A stretch of 64,000 bases of DNA from positions 64,001 to 128,000 of the forward strand of contig CBDCCZ010000018.1 of the NCBI GenBank assembly GCA_965215005.1, written 5' to 3'. Below the pieces are notes generated by a model that was not told where the DNA came from, made no database searches, and worked only from the letters and a program-made list of their open reading frames with translations. Shown here one piece after another: positions 52,609 to 64,000 of the stretch. This DNA comes from Kofleriaceae bacterium (lineage in GTDB: Bacteria; Myxococcota_A; Polyangia; Haliangiales; Haliangiaceae). Each line of letters starts with the position of its first letter. Within the stretch, counting starts at the first letter, position 1. The position numbers and the translations under genes are program-made.

Positions 52609-53238
52609 TCATAGGCGAAAGATCAGCCGCACGATGATCGGAATCTCGGCCAGCGGATCGATTCGCACGCCGTTCTCGCGCGCTTCGAAGTGCAAGTGTG
52701 GGCCGGTGGAGCGACCGGAGGTGCCGACGTTGCCGAGCAGCTGCCCCGCTGTCAGCGTAGAGCCGACCGCCACCCTCACCCGCGCGAGATGCGCATAGTA
52801 GGTCTCGAGCCCATCGCCGTGATCAACGATGACGATGCGGCCGTAACCACTCATCCACCCCGCCTTCACCACGGTTCCAGCCGCAGCGCTGCGCACCGGT
52901 GCTCCGTAGCGTGCGGCGAAATCGATGCCGCCATGGAATCGTCGCCGGTGGCGCAGCGGGTCACGCCGATAGCCAAAGCTCGACGATAGCTCCCCGGCCA
53001 CAGGAACCAACATCAGACGCGGCGCACGCGTCTGACGCTCGAACCAATCCTGCTTGGCGGCGAGACGGATGAGAAACGAGCGAAACGGCAGCGCTGCCAG
53101 CGCGGCGCCGGCCTCGGCGAGCGTGGCCTCGACCGCGAGCAACCTAGGAGCGGCGGGTCGCGCACCGGCAGGCGCGCCTAGGAGCATACCGATCAGCACC
53201 GTCGCACAAGTCACCGCAGATAAACCAAAGCGCTGCAT
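52609..53238 (-). CDS. M23 family metallopeptidase (LytM-type)
   Basis: SSSFGYRRDP, FHGGIDF, YGRIVIVDHG, YAHL, GRSTGPHLHFE. Confidence 0.92.
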   Translation of the reverse strand: MQRFGLSAVTCATVLIGMLLGAPAGARPAAPRLLAVEATLAEAGAALAALPFRSFLIRLAAKQDWFERQTRAPRLMLVPVAGELSSSFGYRRDPLRHRRRFHGGIDFAARYGAPVRSAAAGTVVKAGWMSGYGRIVIVDHGDGLETYYAHLARVRVAVGSTLTAGQLLGNVGTSGRSTGPHLHFEARENGVRIDPLAEIPIIVRLIFRL

Positions 53239-53253
53239 GATGCAGCGGCCCTG

Positions 53254-53269
53254 TGCAGCGGATGTGCCA
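53254..53269 (-). promoter_or_regulatory. sigma-54 promoter candidate for the M23 gene
   Basis: Minus strand TGGCACATCCGCTGCA (GG-N10-GC). Confidence 0.6.
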
Positions 53270-53376
53270 CGCGCGAAGGCCACCGATTCCGCGTCGATTT
53301 AGCCGCCCTGGTCGCGCGGACTGTTCGAAATTCGGAAGGTCCTGCCGAATTCCGAAGGGTTGCCCACCGTGTAGCG

Positions 53377-54615
53377 CTAAGGCTCCGCGCGCTCTTGCGG
53401 CGGCAGATGCAGGCCGAAGCCATCGTGCAACGTGCGCAGCGCGAGCTCGGCATACTTCTCGGCGATGACGCAGCTGATCTTGATCTCGCTCGTGGAGATC
53501 AGCTGAATGTTGATGTTCTCGTGCGCCAACAGTTGAAACATCCTCTTCGCTACGCCGGCGTGGGAGCGCATCCCGACGCCGACGATCGATACTTTGGCGA
53601 TCTGATCGTCGTAAGCGAGCCGGTCCTCGCCCACCAGCGCTTCGGCTTCGGTACGTAAGATGTCGATGGCCCGTTTGCGGTCGCCGCGCGGCACCGTGAA
53701 CGTCATGTCGGTCGAGCCATCGGAGCTCATGTTCTGGATGATCATGTCGACCACGATCTGGGCGTCGGCCAGCGGCGCGAAGATCTTGGCCGCGACGCCG
53801 GAAACGTCGGGAACGCCGCGCAGCGTGATCTTGGCTTCGTCGCGCACGACGGTGACTCCGGTGACGAGGACTTGTTCCATGGCTTGGTCCTCCGGCACTA
53901 CCCAGGTGCCAGGCTCGAGCTTGAACGCCGATCGCACATGAATAGGAACGCCGTATTTCATGCCGAACTCGACGGAGCGAATCTGCAACACCTTGGCGCC
54001 GAGCGAGGCGAGCTCGAGCATCTCTTCGTAGCTGATTCGATCGATCTTGCGCGCAGTGGGCACCACGTTGGGGTCGGTGGTGTAGACGCCGTCGACGTCG
54101 GTGTAGATCTCACACGCGTCAGCGCGCAGCGCAGCGGCAATGGCAACGCCCGTGGTGTCGGAGCCGCCGCGGCCGAGCGTGGTGATGTTTCCCTGGTCGT
54201 CGATGCCTTGAAATCCGGCGATAACCGCAATCTTGTCGGCGGCAAAACACTGATGAAGCGCGTCCGCGTCGATAGAACGAATTCGCGCGCGCGAGTGCAT
54301 GCTGTCGGTCGTGATCTTGACTTGATGGCCGAGAAACGACTGCGCTTGACCGCCGAGCTGACGTATCGCCAACGCCAACAGCCCGACCGTCACTTGCTCG
54401 CCCGTAGCGACGATGACATCGACCTCGCGGTCGTTGGGATCCTCGCGCATCTGCCGCGCCAAGGCTAAGAGGCGATTGGTCTCACCCGCCATTGCCGATA
54501 CCACCACCGCCACCTGGTTGCCCGCCCGCTGGGTTGCAAGGCAGCGCTCAGCCACGTGACGAATGCGCTCGCTGTTGGCCACTGAGGTGCCGCCATACTT
54601 TTGCACCACGAGCAT
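53377..54615 (-). CDS. lysC: Aspartate kinase with two ACT domains
   Basis: [51 protein letters not shown]. Confidence 0.97.
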   Translation of the reverse strand: MLVVQKYGGTSVANSERIRHVAERCLATQRAGNQVAVVVSAMAGETNRLLALARQMREDPNDREVDVIVATGEQVTVGLLALAIRQLGGQAQSFLGHQVKITTDSMHSRARIRSIDADALHQCFAADKIAVIAGFQGIDDQGNITTLGRGGSDTTGVAIAAALRADACEIYTDVDGVYTTDPNVVPTARKIDRISYEEMLELASLGAKVLQIRSVEFGMKYGVPIHVRSAFKLEPGTWVVPEDQAMEQVLVTGVTVVRDEAKITLRGVPDVSGVAAKIFAPLADAQIVVDMIIQNMSSDGSTDMTFTVPRGDRKRAIDILRTEAEALVGEDRLAYDDQIAKVSIVGVGMRSHAGVAKRMFQLLAHENINIQLISTSEIKISCVIAEKYAELALRTLHDGFGLHLPPQERAEP

Positions 54616-54705
54616 CGTGCTCAAAGCATACACGGAGCCGAGGTTCGCGCGATACCGGCGGCTCGGCTGCCAGCGGCCTCGCCAGCGCGTCCCTTACAAT
54701 GCAGC

Positions 54706-55029
54706 ATGGCAACCGATACGTTGATCGTCTACGTCACCTTTCCTGCCGGCAAAGGCGCCGAGGTCGCACGAGTCTTGGTCCAAGAGCAGCTGGTCGCCTG
54801 CGTCAATCTCGTTGCCCCCGTCCGCTCGATCTACGCATGGCAAGGCCAGGTGCATGATGATGCCGAAGAGCTCGCAGTCATGAAGACCACCGCGCAGCGC
54901 TACGCTGCACTGACCACTCGCGTGCTCGAGCTGCATCCGTATGACGTTCCCGAGATCATCGCGACGGATATCGACCGCGGCCACCCGCCCTACTTGGACT
55001 GGCTCATCGCGCAGACGGCGCCGCGCTAG
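54706..55029 (+). CDS. cutA: Divalent cation tolerance protein CutA
   Basis: LVACVNL, SIYAWQG, LHPYDVPEII, YLDWL. Confidence 0.93.
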   Translation: MATDTLIVYVTFPAGKGAEVARVLVQEQLVACVNLVAPVRSIYAWQGQVHDDAEELAVMKTTAQRYAALTTRVLELHPYDVPEIIATDIDRGHPPYLDWLIAQTAPR

Positions 55030-55079
55030 TCAACCACGCGAGGAGCTGCCGCGCTGCTCATTCATTTTCTTCGAGCCGC

Positions 55080-56354
55080 TCATGCGAATACCTCGCGAGC
55101 GCGCCGCGCAAGTCCCCACGCTACCGACGTGAGCTCCTCGCCGCCCACCACTCGCTCTTGCCCAAAACGCCGCGCGAGCAGCGCGTGCACCGCCGGCACC
55201 AATGACGAGCCGCCGGTGGCGAATACTCGCTCGACCTCGGCGGCCCCCACGCCAGCGCGAGCCAGAACCTCGTCGAGCGCCGCTTCGATGCGAACCAGGT
55301 CGCGCTCGATCCAGTCTTCGAAGTCGCTGCGAGTGAGCTCCGCGTGAACTTCGAGCGGCCAATGCACCAGCTCGAAGGGCGCGCGCTGCCCCAGCGAGAC
55401 GCCGAGCTTGCTGGCTTCGATCGACCGGTGCAGCGGCAATCCCAAGTCGTTCTCGACCAGGTGTACGAACCGCTGTATCTGTTCCGGCTCATCCGCTCCT
55501 TGCTGAATGCGCTCGAGCAGCTGGAGGGCCTTCGGAGTGCGCAAGAACGACAACTGATGCCAACGGCGAAGCTGGGCGAACAGCCACGCAGGCACCGGCG
55601 CAGTCCCCGACATGGGAACAGAAAACTGGCTTCCCTTGCCGAGCAGCGGCGCGATCAAGTGGTCGATGATGCGCCCGTCGAAGGTGTCACCGCCGATGCC
55701 GACACCGCTGGTCGCCAGCACCTCAGCACCCCCGCGATTCACCGACGGACCGACCTTGGCGAGCGAAAAGTCGCTGGTGCCGCCGCCAAAGTCGGCGATG
55801 AGAACCAGCTCGTCGTGATCGAGTCGACAGGAGTAGCGGTGCGCTGCAGCCACTGGCTCGTACTCGAAAACGATATCGACGAATCCGGCGAGCTCGAGCG
55901 CCTTGCGCATCCGCGCCACCGCCCGCGCATCATCGGCATCATCGCGCGCGCCCCAGTAGCGCACCGGCCGGCCGCACACGACCCGATCTCCGAGCTCGCG
56001 GCCAGCCGCTTGTCGAAGCCGCATCAGAAAGCTGGCGATGAGCTCTTCGAGAGTCCATCGCCTGCCCGCAATCATCGTGCTCGTAAAGCTCGAGCTCGCC
56101 AGGTGGGACTTGATCGACTGCACCAGCCGACCCTCGCCTTCGGCGGCGATGAATCGCTCGATGGCGGCAGGGCCAGCGAAGACATTATCGCTGCGGCGGT
56201 CACCGGCTTCGATGAACAAGATGCTGCGCCAGGTGCCAAGTGTGGCCCCCGCGGGATCGGGCAACGCGACGAGCTCGGTCGCGCCGCCGTCGGTGGTGAG
56301 CGCCACAGCGCTGTTGGTGGTGCCAAAGTCGAGGCCGAGGTACTGCTGGTTCAA
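55080..56354 (-). CDS. Hsp70-family protein, YegD-like (no substrate-binding lid)
   Basis: GLDFGTTNS, YEPVAAA, ADFGGGTSDFS, IGGDTFD, TGGSSLVP; TTG start suggested by an upstream TAGGTT box. Confidence 0.9.
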   Translation of the reverse strand: MNQQYLGLDFGTTNSAVALTTDGGATELVALPDPAGATLGTWRSILFIEAGDRRSDNVFAGPAAIERFIAAEGEGRLVQSIKSHLASSSFTSTMIAGRRWTLEELIASFLMRLRQAAGRELGDRVVCGRPVRYWGARDDADDARAVARMRKALELAGFVDIVFEYEPVAAAHRYSCRLDHDELVLIADFGGGTSDFSLAKVGPSVNRGGAEVLATSGVGIGGDTFDGRIIDHLIAPLLGKGSQFSVPMSGTAPVPAWLFAQLRRWHQLSFLRTPKALQLLERIQQGADEPEQIQRFVHLVENDLGLPLHRSIEASKLGVSLGQRAPFELVHWPLEVHAELTRSDFEDWIERDLVRIEAALDEVLARAGVGAAEVERVFATGGSSLVPAVHALLARRFGQERVVGGEELTSVAWGLARRAREVFA

Positions 56355-56411
56355 AGCTCGCAAACCTACTAGCGACGCAACACACAGAGCTCTGGCGACA
56401 ACGGCTGGCGT

Positions 56412-57056
<645 letters not shown>

Positions 57057-57097
57057 CTAGCTCCTGCTCCTGGCCCCGTTTCCGGTGGGCCATCCTA

Positions 57098-58507
57098 TCA
57101 TTGATTTTTCCCACTCTCCGCCAACCGATCCAGGTTCTTGGCAACCATTTCGGCGCGTTCGCCGACCGTGGGATCGGCCTTGCGCTCGCCGCGCGCAGCA
57201 TCGGCCTGCTCACCCCACCAACCACGTAGGCGGGTTCGGTCAGAAACCAGCGCTCGGACGCGGCTTGCGTCAGCAGCCGCACTGCTGGCCAATCCGAGTG
57301 AATTGAGAATCTCGATTCCGGTGACGCGAGCGTAAGGATTTGCCGAGGCGAGCAGCGTGCGTGCACGAGCCGCGACCTCTGCGCGTGATTCCATGGCCAC
57401 CGCAGAGCGCCAAATAGCGCCCTCGAGCTGCGCCCGTTCGAGCGCTGCCGCGGCCGGCAACGCCTCGGCCACCGGGATGATGGCCTCGACGCCGCCGCAG
57501 CGCAGTGCGGCGTTGGCGCCGACCCAGCGCAGCTGTGCATCGCCGGGTTGCGCGATGAGCTCGACCAAGCCCGCAAAGCACGCCGGCGCCCCCACCGCAC
57601 CCACGAGCTCGACCGCATCGTTCACGATTCTTGCGGAGTACTTGCGCCCATTGGCGAGCGCCAGCAGTCGTCGCACGTGCGGCGCAAGGCCACGAGCGCC
57701 ATCCGCCGCTTTGAACAGCCCATCGGGGTCGATATACGCCGTGTGAAGCGCCGCCATCGCGCGCTCGGGCAGCGTCGGATCGATGCGGTCAGCTTCGACC
57801 AAATCGAGCAGCAAGCCGGTCGCGTCGGGATGGCCGACCACCGCTAAACCGAGCAGGAGGTCGTCCTCGACTTTGTTACGGCGGCCCGCACTGTCGGGCG
57901 GCGTTGCAAGGAGTGCGTTCGCGCGCCGCACGATGCCCTCGCTGGCAGCAGTGGCGTTGGGCCCGTGGGCGATCGCCGCGAGGATCTGCGAGCCGAGGAA
58001 GCGGCCCGTCTGTGCGCGACCGCTGTAGTAGCCGCCGGTGAGCCACTCGATGAGTAGCTCGTCGATGCGCCGCTGGTTGTCGGTGTCGGCGAGCGCGCGA
58101 AGCTCGAACAGGGCGTCTTTGGCGACGATCTGGGCCGGCGCTGGAACACCTCGTTCTGCATCCATTCGAGCATCGCTCCAAAGCCGTGGCACAAGCGCGG
58201 CAACGACCGGCTGCCGCGCTTCCTCGCGCATCGACGCGAGCCGCTCGAGCACCTTGGCAGCCGCGTCGCGATGGATGAGGTTTTGTGCCGCGTGCGCGCG
58301 AAGGTCGGCATCGAGCTCGGCGTCATTGAGCGCATCGGCTAGCTTGCCTGGGCCTTTTTTGGTCTGCGCCCAGTCGTCGATTTTTTCGTGGCTCGGTTGC
58401 CCGCAGCCGCCTGCCATCGTGCTCAACGAGAGCACCAAGCCAGCGGCTATCAGCGCCCCCCGGCGCCGCCAAGTACTACCCACCATGACGCTGCCAGATA
58501 CTTGCAA
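57098..58507 (-). CDS. Alpha-helical (HEAT-like) lipoprotein
   Basis: SD AGGAG 6 nt before TTG; lipobox AGGC; repeated LRAHAAQNL / LRWVGANAAL / YARVTGIEIL helices. Confidence 0.7.
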   Translation of the reverse strand: MQVSGSVMVGSTWRRRGALIAAGLVLSLSTMAGGCGQPSHEKIDDWAQTKKGPGKLADALNDAELDADLRAHAAQNLIHRDAAAKVLERLASMREEARQPVVAALVPRLWSDARMDAERGVPAPAQIVAKDALFELRALADTDNQRRIDELLIEWLTGGYYSGRAQTGRFLGSQILAAIAHGPNATAASEGIVRRANALLATPPDSAGRRNKVEDDLLLGLAVVGHPDATGLLLDLVEADRIDPTLPERAMAALHTAYIDPDGLFKAADGARGLAPHVRRLLALANGRKYSARIVNDAVELVGAVGAPACFAGLVELIAQPGDAQLRWVGANAALRCGGVEAIIPVAEALPAAAALERAQLEGAIWRSAVAMESRAEVAARARTLLASANPYARVTGIEILNSLGLASSAAADASRVRALVSDRTRLRGWWGEQADAARGERKADPTVGERAEMVAKNLDRLAESGKNQ

Positions 58508-58630
58508 GTGTCTCTCCTGACTAAGGAAAACGCGCGGCGGATGATACGGGGCAGCCCCAGGCGAGTCAATTGCTGGCGCCGCAGCGGCGCAGCTGGGAGC
58601 GCGGCGCGAAATCGTCTACTGTGTCGGTTC

Positions 58631-60040
58631 ATGCGGCCCTGGGTGATCCTCGCGCAGCTCGCGCTGCTTAGCCGCCTCGCCGTCGCTGCGCCCCTCGAGG
58701 ACACCACGGTCGGCGGCGCCGTGTTCACCGGCCCAACGCAGGCCCATCCCACCGCGATTCAAGTCAACCCAGCAGCGCTCGGGCTCGGCACCCGCGGCAG
58801 CTGGACCCTCTACATCGCCGGCAGCTTGCAGCTCGATCAAATCGGCATCGACCGTCGCAAGGTCGACGCCACCGGCACCGCTGTCGCGGACGAGAACGTG
58901 AGCGCGCGGGTGTTTTCGCCCGCCGGCACGATTGCGGTCTACAAGGTGCTCTCGACCAACGTAGCGCTCGGCGTCTCGTTTGGCCTTCCGCTCAGCGAGA
59001 GCTTCATCGCAGATCGCGACGCGCTTCGCTACCACACCCTTGGCGGCTATTTTCGCCAGTGGTCGCCAAACGTCGCGGTGTCGTTTCGACCCACGGAGCG
59101 CCTCTACGTTGGCCTCGGCACGTCCCTGGCGCGCGGCTCGCTGCGGCTGCAGTTCGCCCGCGACACCGCGCTCGAGGCCGGCACACCTGGGGTCCAGAGC
59201 GACTGCGGCGGCGCCCCTTGCGGTGTTGAAAATCCCCTCGCGAGCGAGACCTACACGATCGACACCCGCGGCCCGTGGATCTCCAGCACCAACATCGCGC
59301 TCACCGCGGGGCTGGTTTTTCAGCTTGCCGAACGCTGGTGGCTGGGCGCCGCCTACCAAAGCCCTCCTGGGTTCTTATCGGCGCTGCGCCTCGACGGGGA
59401 GGTCACGGTCGAGCGCGCGCCCCGCGATGGCGGCGGAACCCTCAAAGGCAGCGCCGAGGTCGTGTATCGCTTGCCGCAGACGTTCTGGCTGGGCCTGCGG
59501 GGAGCGGTGCTGCCAGGGTTCGAGCTCGTCATCGCGGCGCGTTATCAAAATCTATCGGAACAGAATCGGTTCGACGTGCGGCTGTTCGGTGGCGAGCTCG
59601 TGGGCACCGATATTCCAGAGTTCTATCCGCGCTATCGCGGCTTGGCCGATACCGTGGCCGTCGACCTCGGCCTCGAACAAACCGAGCGCGCCGCCCTGCG
59701 ACTGGGCGGCCGCCTTCGTTTTGAATCGGCAGGTGCCGAGACCGAAGCGCTTTCGCCGTTGCAAGTTGCCATGCACAACGTGACCGCCAGCGTCGGCGCC
59801 GAGCTGCGGCTCAGCCCGCGCGTCGTCCTCACCGCCAGCTACGGGCTCAGCTATTTTCTGCCAACCACCGGCGGCAGCGGCTTTGATCCGCTGGCGCGCA
59901 TCGCCTGTGTCGATAGCAACTTCGAGCTCGAGGCGTGCCGCGCAGCCGCCGAAGGGCGCGCACTTCCCACCGCGCTTGCTGACTACGAGCGCATCTCTCA
60001 CGCGCTGCGACTCTCCCTGCGCGTGCCGTTGAGTTTTTGA
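58631..60040 (+). CDS. Outer-membrane beta-barrel, FadL/OMPP1-like
   Basis: Signal peptide, AIQVNPAALG (FadL NPA motif), amphipathic strands, terminal Phe. Confidence 0.75.
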   Translation: MRPWVILAQLALLSRLAVAAPLEDTTVGGAVFTGPTQAHPTAIQVNPAALGLGTRGSWTLYIAGSLQLDQIGIDRRKVDATGTAVADENVSARVFSPAGTIAVYKVLSTNVALGVSFGLPLSESFIADRDALRYHTLGGYFRQWSPNVAVSFRPTERLYVGLGTSLARGSLRLQFARDTALEAGTPGVQSDCGGAPCGVENPLASETYTIDTRGPWISSTNIALTAGLVFQLAERWWLGAAYQSPPGFLSALRLDGEVTVERAPRDGGGTLKGSAEVVYRLPQTFWLGLRGAVLPGFELVIAARYQNLSEQNRFDVRLFGGELVGTDIPEFYPRYRGLADTVAVDLGLEQTERAALRLGGRLRFESAGAETEALSPLQVAMHNVTASVGAELRLSPRVVLTASYGLSYFLPTTGGSGFDPLARIACVDSNFELEACRAAAEGRALPTALADYERISHALRLSLRVPLSF

Positions 60041-60042
60041 TT

Positions 60043-61137
60043 ATGACCACTGTCTTCCTCTATGGTGCCACCGGATTCACCGGCGGCCTGGTTGCCCACG
60101 CTCTCGCCAAGGCCGGCCATCGCCTGATCCTGTCGGCGCGAGATCCGGCTCGTCTAGAAGCGTGTGCTGGCGAGCTCGGCGGCGACGTCGAGCTGCGCTC
60201 CGCGCAGATTCACGACGCGGCAGGCCTAACAGCGGCAATGCGCGACGCGACCGTGGTGGTGAACTGCGCCGGTCCGTTCACCAAGTTGGCCGAGCCCATG
60301 GTCCGCGCAGCGATCGCAGTGGGCGCCAGCTATCTCGATACCGCCGGCGAGCAGCACGTCTTGCGCGGCATCTACGAGCGCTGCGAAGCAGCCGCCCGTC
60401 ACGCCGGCGTCACCGTGGTCAACGGCATGGCGTTTGAAATCGCACTAGGTGATTGGGCGGCCGCGCTGGCGGCTAGCGCGTGCCCCGGAGCGGAACCCTT
60501 CGACGAAATCGCCGTGAGCTACGCGCTCAGCCGGTTTCGGCCGACTCGCGGCACCCGCCTGGCGATGCTCGACAGCGTCGCCGGCGATGGCTCGGTGTGG
60601 AGCGAAGACCGCTGGGTGCCGAGCGCCCCGGCGGCCGAGCGCCGAGTCATCAACTTCGCCCCTGGCGCCGGCGAGCTGCCGGCGGTGTCGTTTCCCTCCG
60701 GCGAGGTCATCACCGTACCGCGCCACGTCGCCACCCGGCGCGTGCAGACGTTCCTAGCACTGGAAGACGCGCCGCAGCTGGCCTCGCTGTCGAGCCTGAT
60801 GTCGCCGGTATTAGGGCTCTTGGCCAAGTCGCCACTTGGCTCCTACGCTCGCGCCCTCGCCGGAGGCGGACCGGCGGCGCCGTCTGAGCTCGATCGCCAT
60901 CACAATCGCTTCGCGATCGTCGCCGAGGCACGGCGCGGATTTCACCGCGAGCGCGTCGCGATCAGCGGCCGGGATATCTATGGTGTGACCGCGGAGCTCA
61001 TCGCTTTGGGCGTGCACGCGCTTTGCACCGGCGCGCCCGCCGCGGGGATCTTGGCGCCTGCGGAGCTGGCCGACCCCGACGAATCTCTGCGCGCGCTCGC
61101 GAGCCGCGCCGAGCTGACTGTGACAACCTCGTTCTGA
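60043..61137 (+). CDS. Saccharopine dehydrogenase-like oxidoreductase
   Basis: [24 protein letters not shown]. Confidence 0.88.
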   Translation: MTTVFLYGATGFTGGLVAHALAKAGHRLILSARDPARLEACAGELGGDVELRSAQIHDAAGLTAAMRDATVVVNCAGPFTKLAEPMVRAAIAVGASYLDTAGEQHVLRGIYERCEAAARHAGVTVVNGMAFEIALGDWAAALAASACPGAEPFDEIAVSYALSRFRPTRGTRLAMLDSVAGDGSVWSEDRWVPSAPAAERRVINFAPGAGELPAVSFPSGEVITVPRHVATRRVQTFLALEDAPQLASLSSLMSPVLGLLAKSPLGSYARALAGGGPAAPSELDRHHNRFAIVAEARRGFHRERVAISGRDIYGVTAELIALGVHALCTGAPAAGILAPAELADPDESLRALASRAELTVTTSF

Positions 61138-62429
61138 TGTCGTGGACTCTGGAAACCGAGCATGCCTTCGGCAGCCGAAGCATGATTCGCCGCTTCGCCC
61201 TGCCCTCCGGTCTCAAAGTGATTCATCTGCGGCAGACCTCCGCGCCGCTATTTTCCTATCAAACCTGGTTTCGCGTCGGCTCGCGTCACGAGCGCCCCGG
61301 CCGCACTGGCATGGCGCATTACTTCGAGCACCTCATGTTCAATCGCACCGAGAGTCGCGAGCAAGGCGAGTTCGATCGGTTAATCGAGCGCACCGGCGGC
61401 GACACCAACGCCGCCACGTGGGTCGACTGGACCTACTACCGCGACTCGTTGCCAGCGCGCGACTTCGAGCTCGCTGTCAGTCTCGAGGCCGATCGCATGC
61501 AGCATCTGCTTCTCGAAGACGAGCAGCTCGAGTCAGAGCGCGAGGTGATCATCAACGAGCGACTCGAGAGCGTGGAAGACGATGTCGATGGCTTCCTCGA
61601 CGAGCAGCTGTTTGCCCACGCCTTCACCTGCCATCCATATCGCTGGTCGACCATCGGTTGGATGGAGGACATCCGCGCCCTCGCCAAGCCCGACGTCCAC
61701 GCCTTCTATCGCACCTTCTATGCGCCGAACAACGCGACGATCATCGTCGTCGGCGATGTCGAAGAGGCGCGCGTTCTGGACACCATTGCCCGCGGCTACG
61801 GCGACATCGCCGCCGCCGAGCTGCCCAGCGAGGAGCACGTGGTCGAGCCCGAACAGCACGGCGAGCGCCGGGTGCGCTTCGCCAAGCCAGTGGTCGCCGA
61901 GCGCGCGATCATCGGCTTCAAATCGCCGGGACAAGCGCATCCCGACTGGCCGGTGCTCGAGCTGATCGCTGCGATCTTGGCAGGCGGACCGTCGTCTCGG
62001 CTGCATCGGCGACTCGTCATCGACACGCAGATGTGCTCGGCGCTCGACGCCGCGGTGATGCCGTTTCGCGACCCGTCGCTGTTTCGCGTGGGCGTCAATA
62101 TGGCGCGCGGTCATCGGCTCGAGGCCGCCGAAGCCGAGCTCGACGCAGCGGTTGCGGCGCTCGCGGCACGCCAGCTCGACACCGCCGAGCTCGACAAAGT
62201 GCGCAGCGGGGTCGAGACCGATTTCTGGTCCGCGATGCAAGACGTCGACGGCAAGGCCGAGAATCTCGGTCACTTCGAGACCACGCTCGGCGATTTTGCG
62301 GAGCTGTTTGCGCAGGCTGGCCGCCTTGCCGCAGTGACCACTGACGACGTCGCTCGGGTCGCGGCCACCTACTTGACCCCAGCGCGACGCACTGTCGTGG
62401 TCGCTGAGCCCGACGGGGAGGCGGCCTGA
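61137..62429 (+). CDS. M16 (pitrilysin) zinc peptidase, catalytic subunit
   Basis: [20 protein letters not shown] (HxxEH), [21 protein letters not shown] coupling. Confidence 0.93.
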   Translation: MSWTLETEHAFGSRSMIRRFALPSGLKVIHLRQTSAPLFSYQTWFRVGSRHERPGRTGMAHYFEHLMFNRTESREQGEFDRLIERTGGDTNAATWVDWTYYRDSLPARDFELAVSLEADRMQHLLLEDEQLESEREVIINERLESVEDDVDGFLDEQLFAHAFTCHPYRWSTIGWMEDIRALAKPDVHAFYRTFYAPNNATIIVVGDVEEARVLDTIARGYGDIAAAELPSEEHVVEPEQHGERRVRFAKPVVAERAIIGFKSPGQAHPDWPVLELIAAILAGGPSSRLHRRLVIDTQMCSALDAAVMPFRDPSLFRVGVNMARGHRLEAAEAELDAAVAALAARQLDTAELDKVRSGVETDFWSAMQDVDGKAENLGHFETTLGDFAELFAQAGRLAAVTTDDVARVAATYLTPARRTVVVAEPDGEAA

Positions 62430-63724
62430 TGTGGCTCGAAGCGGTCCGCGGCTGTCCGATCTTCGTCGATAGCGCCGATGACGTACCACTGGTGTGGTTT
62501 CAGGTGGCCATCCGCGGCGGCGCCGCAGCCGATCCTGTCGACCTCGAAGGCTTCACCAATCACGCCATGCAGCTCGCGCGCTACGGTGCCGGCCACCGCG
62601 GTCGCAGCGCGCTCGACGAAGCGCTCGACACCGTGGGCGCGAGTCTCGATGCGGTGGTCGCCCGCGACTACAGCGCCCTCTCGGGGCTGTGCCTGGCGCG
62701 TCACCTCGATGCGGTCGTTGCCATCGCGGCCGATATTCTGGCTCGCCCGCTGATGCACGAGGACGAGCACGACCGCCTGTTGGCCGAAACCGCCCTCGCT
62801 TTAGATGATCTTCGCGACGACGACAGCTCGCTGGCCACGCGTTACTTCGATCGCCACTGCGTGCCCGGCCATCCCTACGCGCGCGCGGTGTGGGGAACCG
62901 CGGCCTCGCTCGGCAAGATCGAGCTCGCCGAGGCGCGGCAAGCGTATCGGCGAGCGCTAGTGCCAGCGAATCTCGTCATCGGCTTTGCTGGCGATGTCGC
63001 TCCAGCCCGCGCTCGAGCGCTGGCCCAACGACTCGTTGCTGACTTGCCCGACGGCTCGCCACCGGCGCCGCAGCTGGCGTGGCCGAGCGCCTCCCCTGGT
63101 CGCCGCCTGATCGTGGTCGACAAGCCCGAGCGCAGCCAGACGCAAGTGCGCATCGGCCATCCCACTCCGCGCTACGGAACCGCGGATGCCCTGGCGCTCA
63201 CGTTTATCGAGATCATCTTCGGCGGCACCTTCACCTCGCGCCTCATGCAAGAGATTCGCGCCAAGCGCGGCTGGTCGTACGGCGCCGGCTGTCAAATGCT
63301 GCGCTCGCGTGCCGCGCATTGGCTGCGCGTCTATCTCTCGCCGGCAGCAGACGTCACGCCCGAGGCGCTTGCGCTCACCATGGAGCTCTTCGAGGAGCTC
63401 GCCGCGCACGGCATTACCGACGAAGAGCTGGGATTTGCACGCGATTATTTGCTCGGCAGCGCGCCCTTTCACCGCGCAACGCCCCGACAACGCCTGCAGA
63501 CCGCCGTTCGCAACGAGATCTTCGACTTGCCGCGCGACTACAGCGACCGACTCCCCGAGCGCGTCGAGTCGGTAACGCTCGCTGCCATCGAGCAGGCACG
63601 CGCGGCGTGGCTGCGACCAAGCGAGGCGCTCACGGTTCTCGTCGCCACCGCCGATACCATGGTGCCGCGCGTCGAGAACCTGGGCCTTGGCCCCGTCCAG
63701 GTGCTCGCTCACGATTCCTACTAG
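62429..63724 (+). CDS. M16 family peptidase, non-catalytic partner subunit
   Basis: HxxEH degenerate (NHAMQL); SRLMQEIRAKRGWSY; TGATG coupling. Confidence 0.88.
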   Translation: MWLEAVRGCPIFVDSADDVPLVWFQVAIRGGAAADPVDLEGFTNHAMQLARYGAGHRGRSALDEALDTVGASLDAVVARDYSALSGLCLARHLDAVVAIAADILARPLMHEDEHDRLLAETALALDDLRDDDSSLATRYFDRHCVPGHPYARAVWGTAASLGKIELAEARQAYRRALVPANLVIGFAGDVAPARARALAQRLVADLPDGSPPAPQLAWPSASPGRRLIVVDKPERSQTQVRIGHPTPRYGTADALALTFIEIIFGGTFTSRLMQEIRAKRGWSYGAGCQMLRSRAAHWLRVYLSPAADVTPEALALTMELFEELAAHGITDEELGFARDYLLGSAPFHRATPRQRLQTAVRNEIFDLPRDYSDRLPERVESVTLAAIEQARAAWLRPSEALTVLVATADTMVPRVENLGLGPVQVLAHDSY

Positions 63725-63730
63725 CTCCTA

Positions 63731-64000
63731 CTAGCGCTCGACAACCGCTACAGCCCGGCGCGCGCGAGCCGGATCATTGGTGATGATCGCGTCGACGCCA
63801 AGCTCGGCGAGATGACGAATGCGCGTTTCCTCATCGACCGTCCAGGCATTGACCAACAGACCGCGGCGCTGCCAACGGCGCAGCGATTGCCGGTTGATCA
63901 GCTCGTGATCCGGGTGCACCGCCGCTAAGCCCAACATCATTGCGGGCCAGCCGCGCCGGAGCGCCAACGACTGGCGACGGTGGCAGAGATAGCCACACGG
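63731..64000 (-). CDS. Glycerophosphodiester phosphodiesterase, C-terminal part; partial at window edge
   Basis: VNAWTVDE...LGVDAIITNDP. Confidence 0.85.
   Translation of the reverse strand, partial: PCGYLCHRRQSLALRRGWPAMMLGLAAVHPDHELINRQSLRRWQRRGLLVNAWTVDEETRIRHLAELGVDAIITNDPARARRAVAVVER

Overview
GC-rich bacterial DNA whose gene content points to Myxococcota (Haliangium/Kofleriaceae-like; inferred from Cys-rich lipoproteins, sigma-54 systems, STAND-TPR, Ser/Thr kinase-like, RHH-FHA and DUF4157 proteins). About 49 CDS; no rRNA, tRNA, CRISPR array or mobile element recognised. Core genes (lepA-lepB, mutT-like, putP-like, sucA, lysC, cutA, yegD-like, M16 peptidase pair) flank an accessory block at ~15.4-36.6 kb. 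That block is centred on a ~3,140-aa DUF4157 (eCIS-core, HExxH) protein with three ~500-aa tandem repeats built from shorter sub-units. A non-catalytic FGE/SUMF1-fold lipoprotein gene converges on it, and the two genes share a 12/14-nt upstream motif. A sigma-54-driven MacAB-type exporter and two-component system is transcribed divergently from it. Other notable items: a Ser/Thr pseudokinase (HRD to HRG), a BON protein with a prion-like GYG/Q/S repeat domain, a GT-B glycosyltransferase fused to a PspA-like coiled coil, and TANNNT boxes 5-9 nt before start codons across the window (apparent leaderless transcription). Seven apparent single-base indels, almost all in short base runs and including the one that fuses lepA to lepB, look like long-read consensus errors. 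All calls come from reading motifs by eye; no database searches were run.
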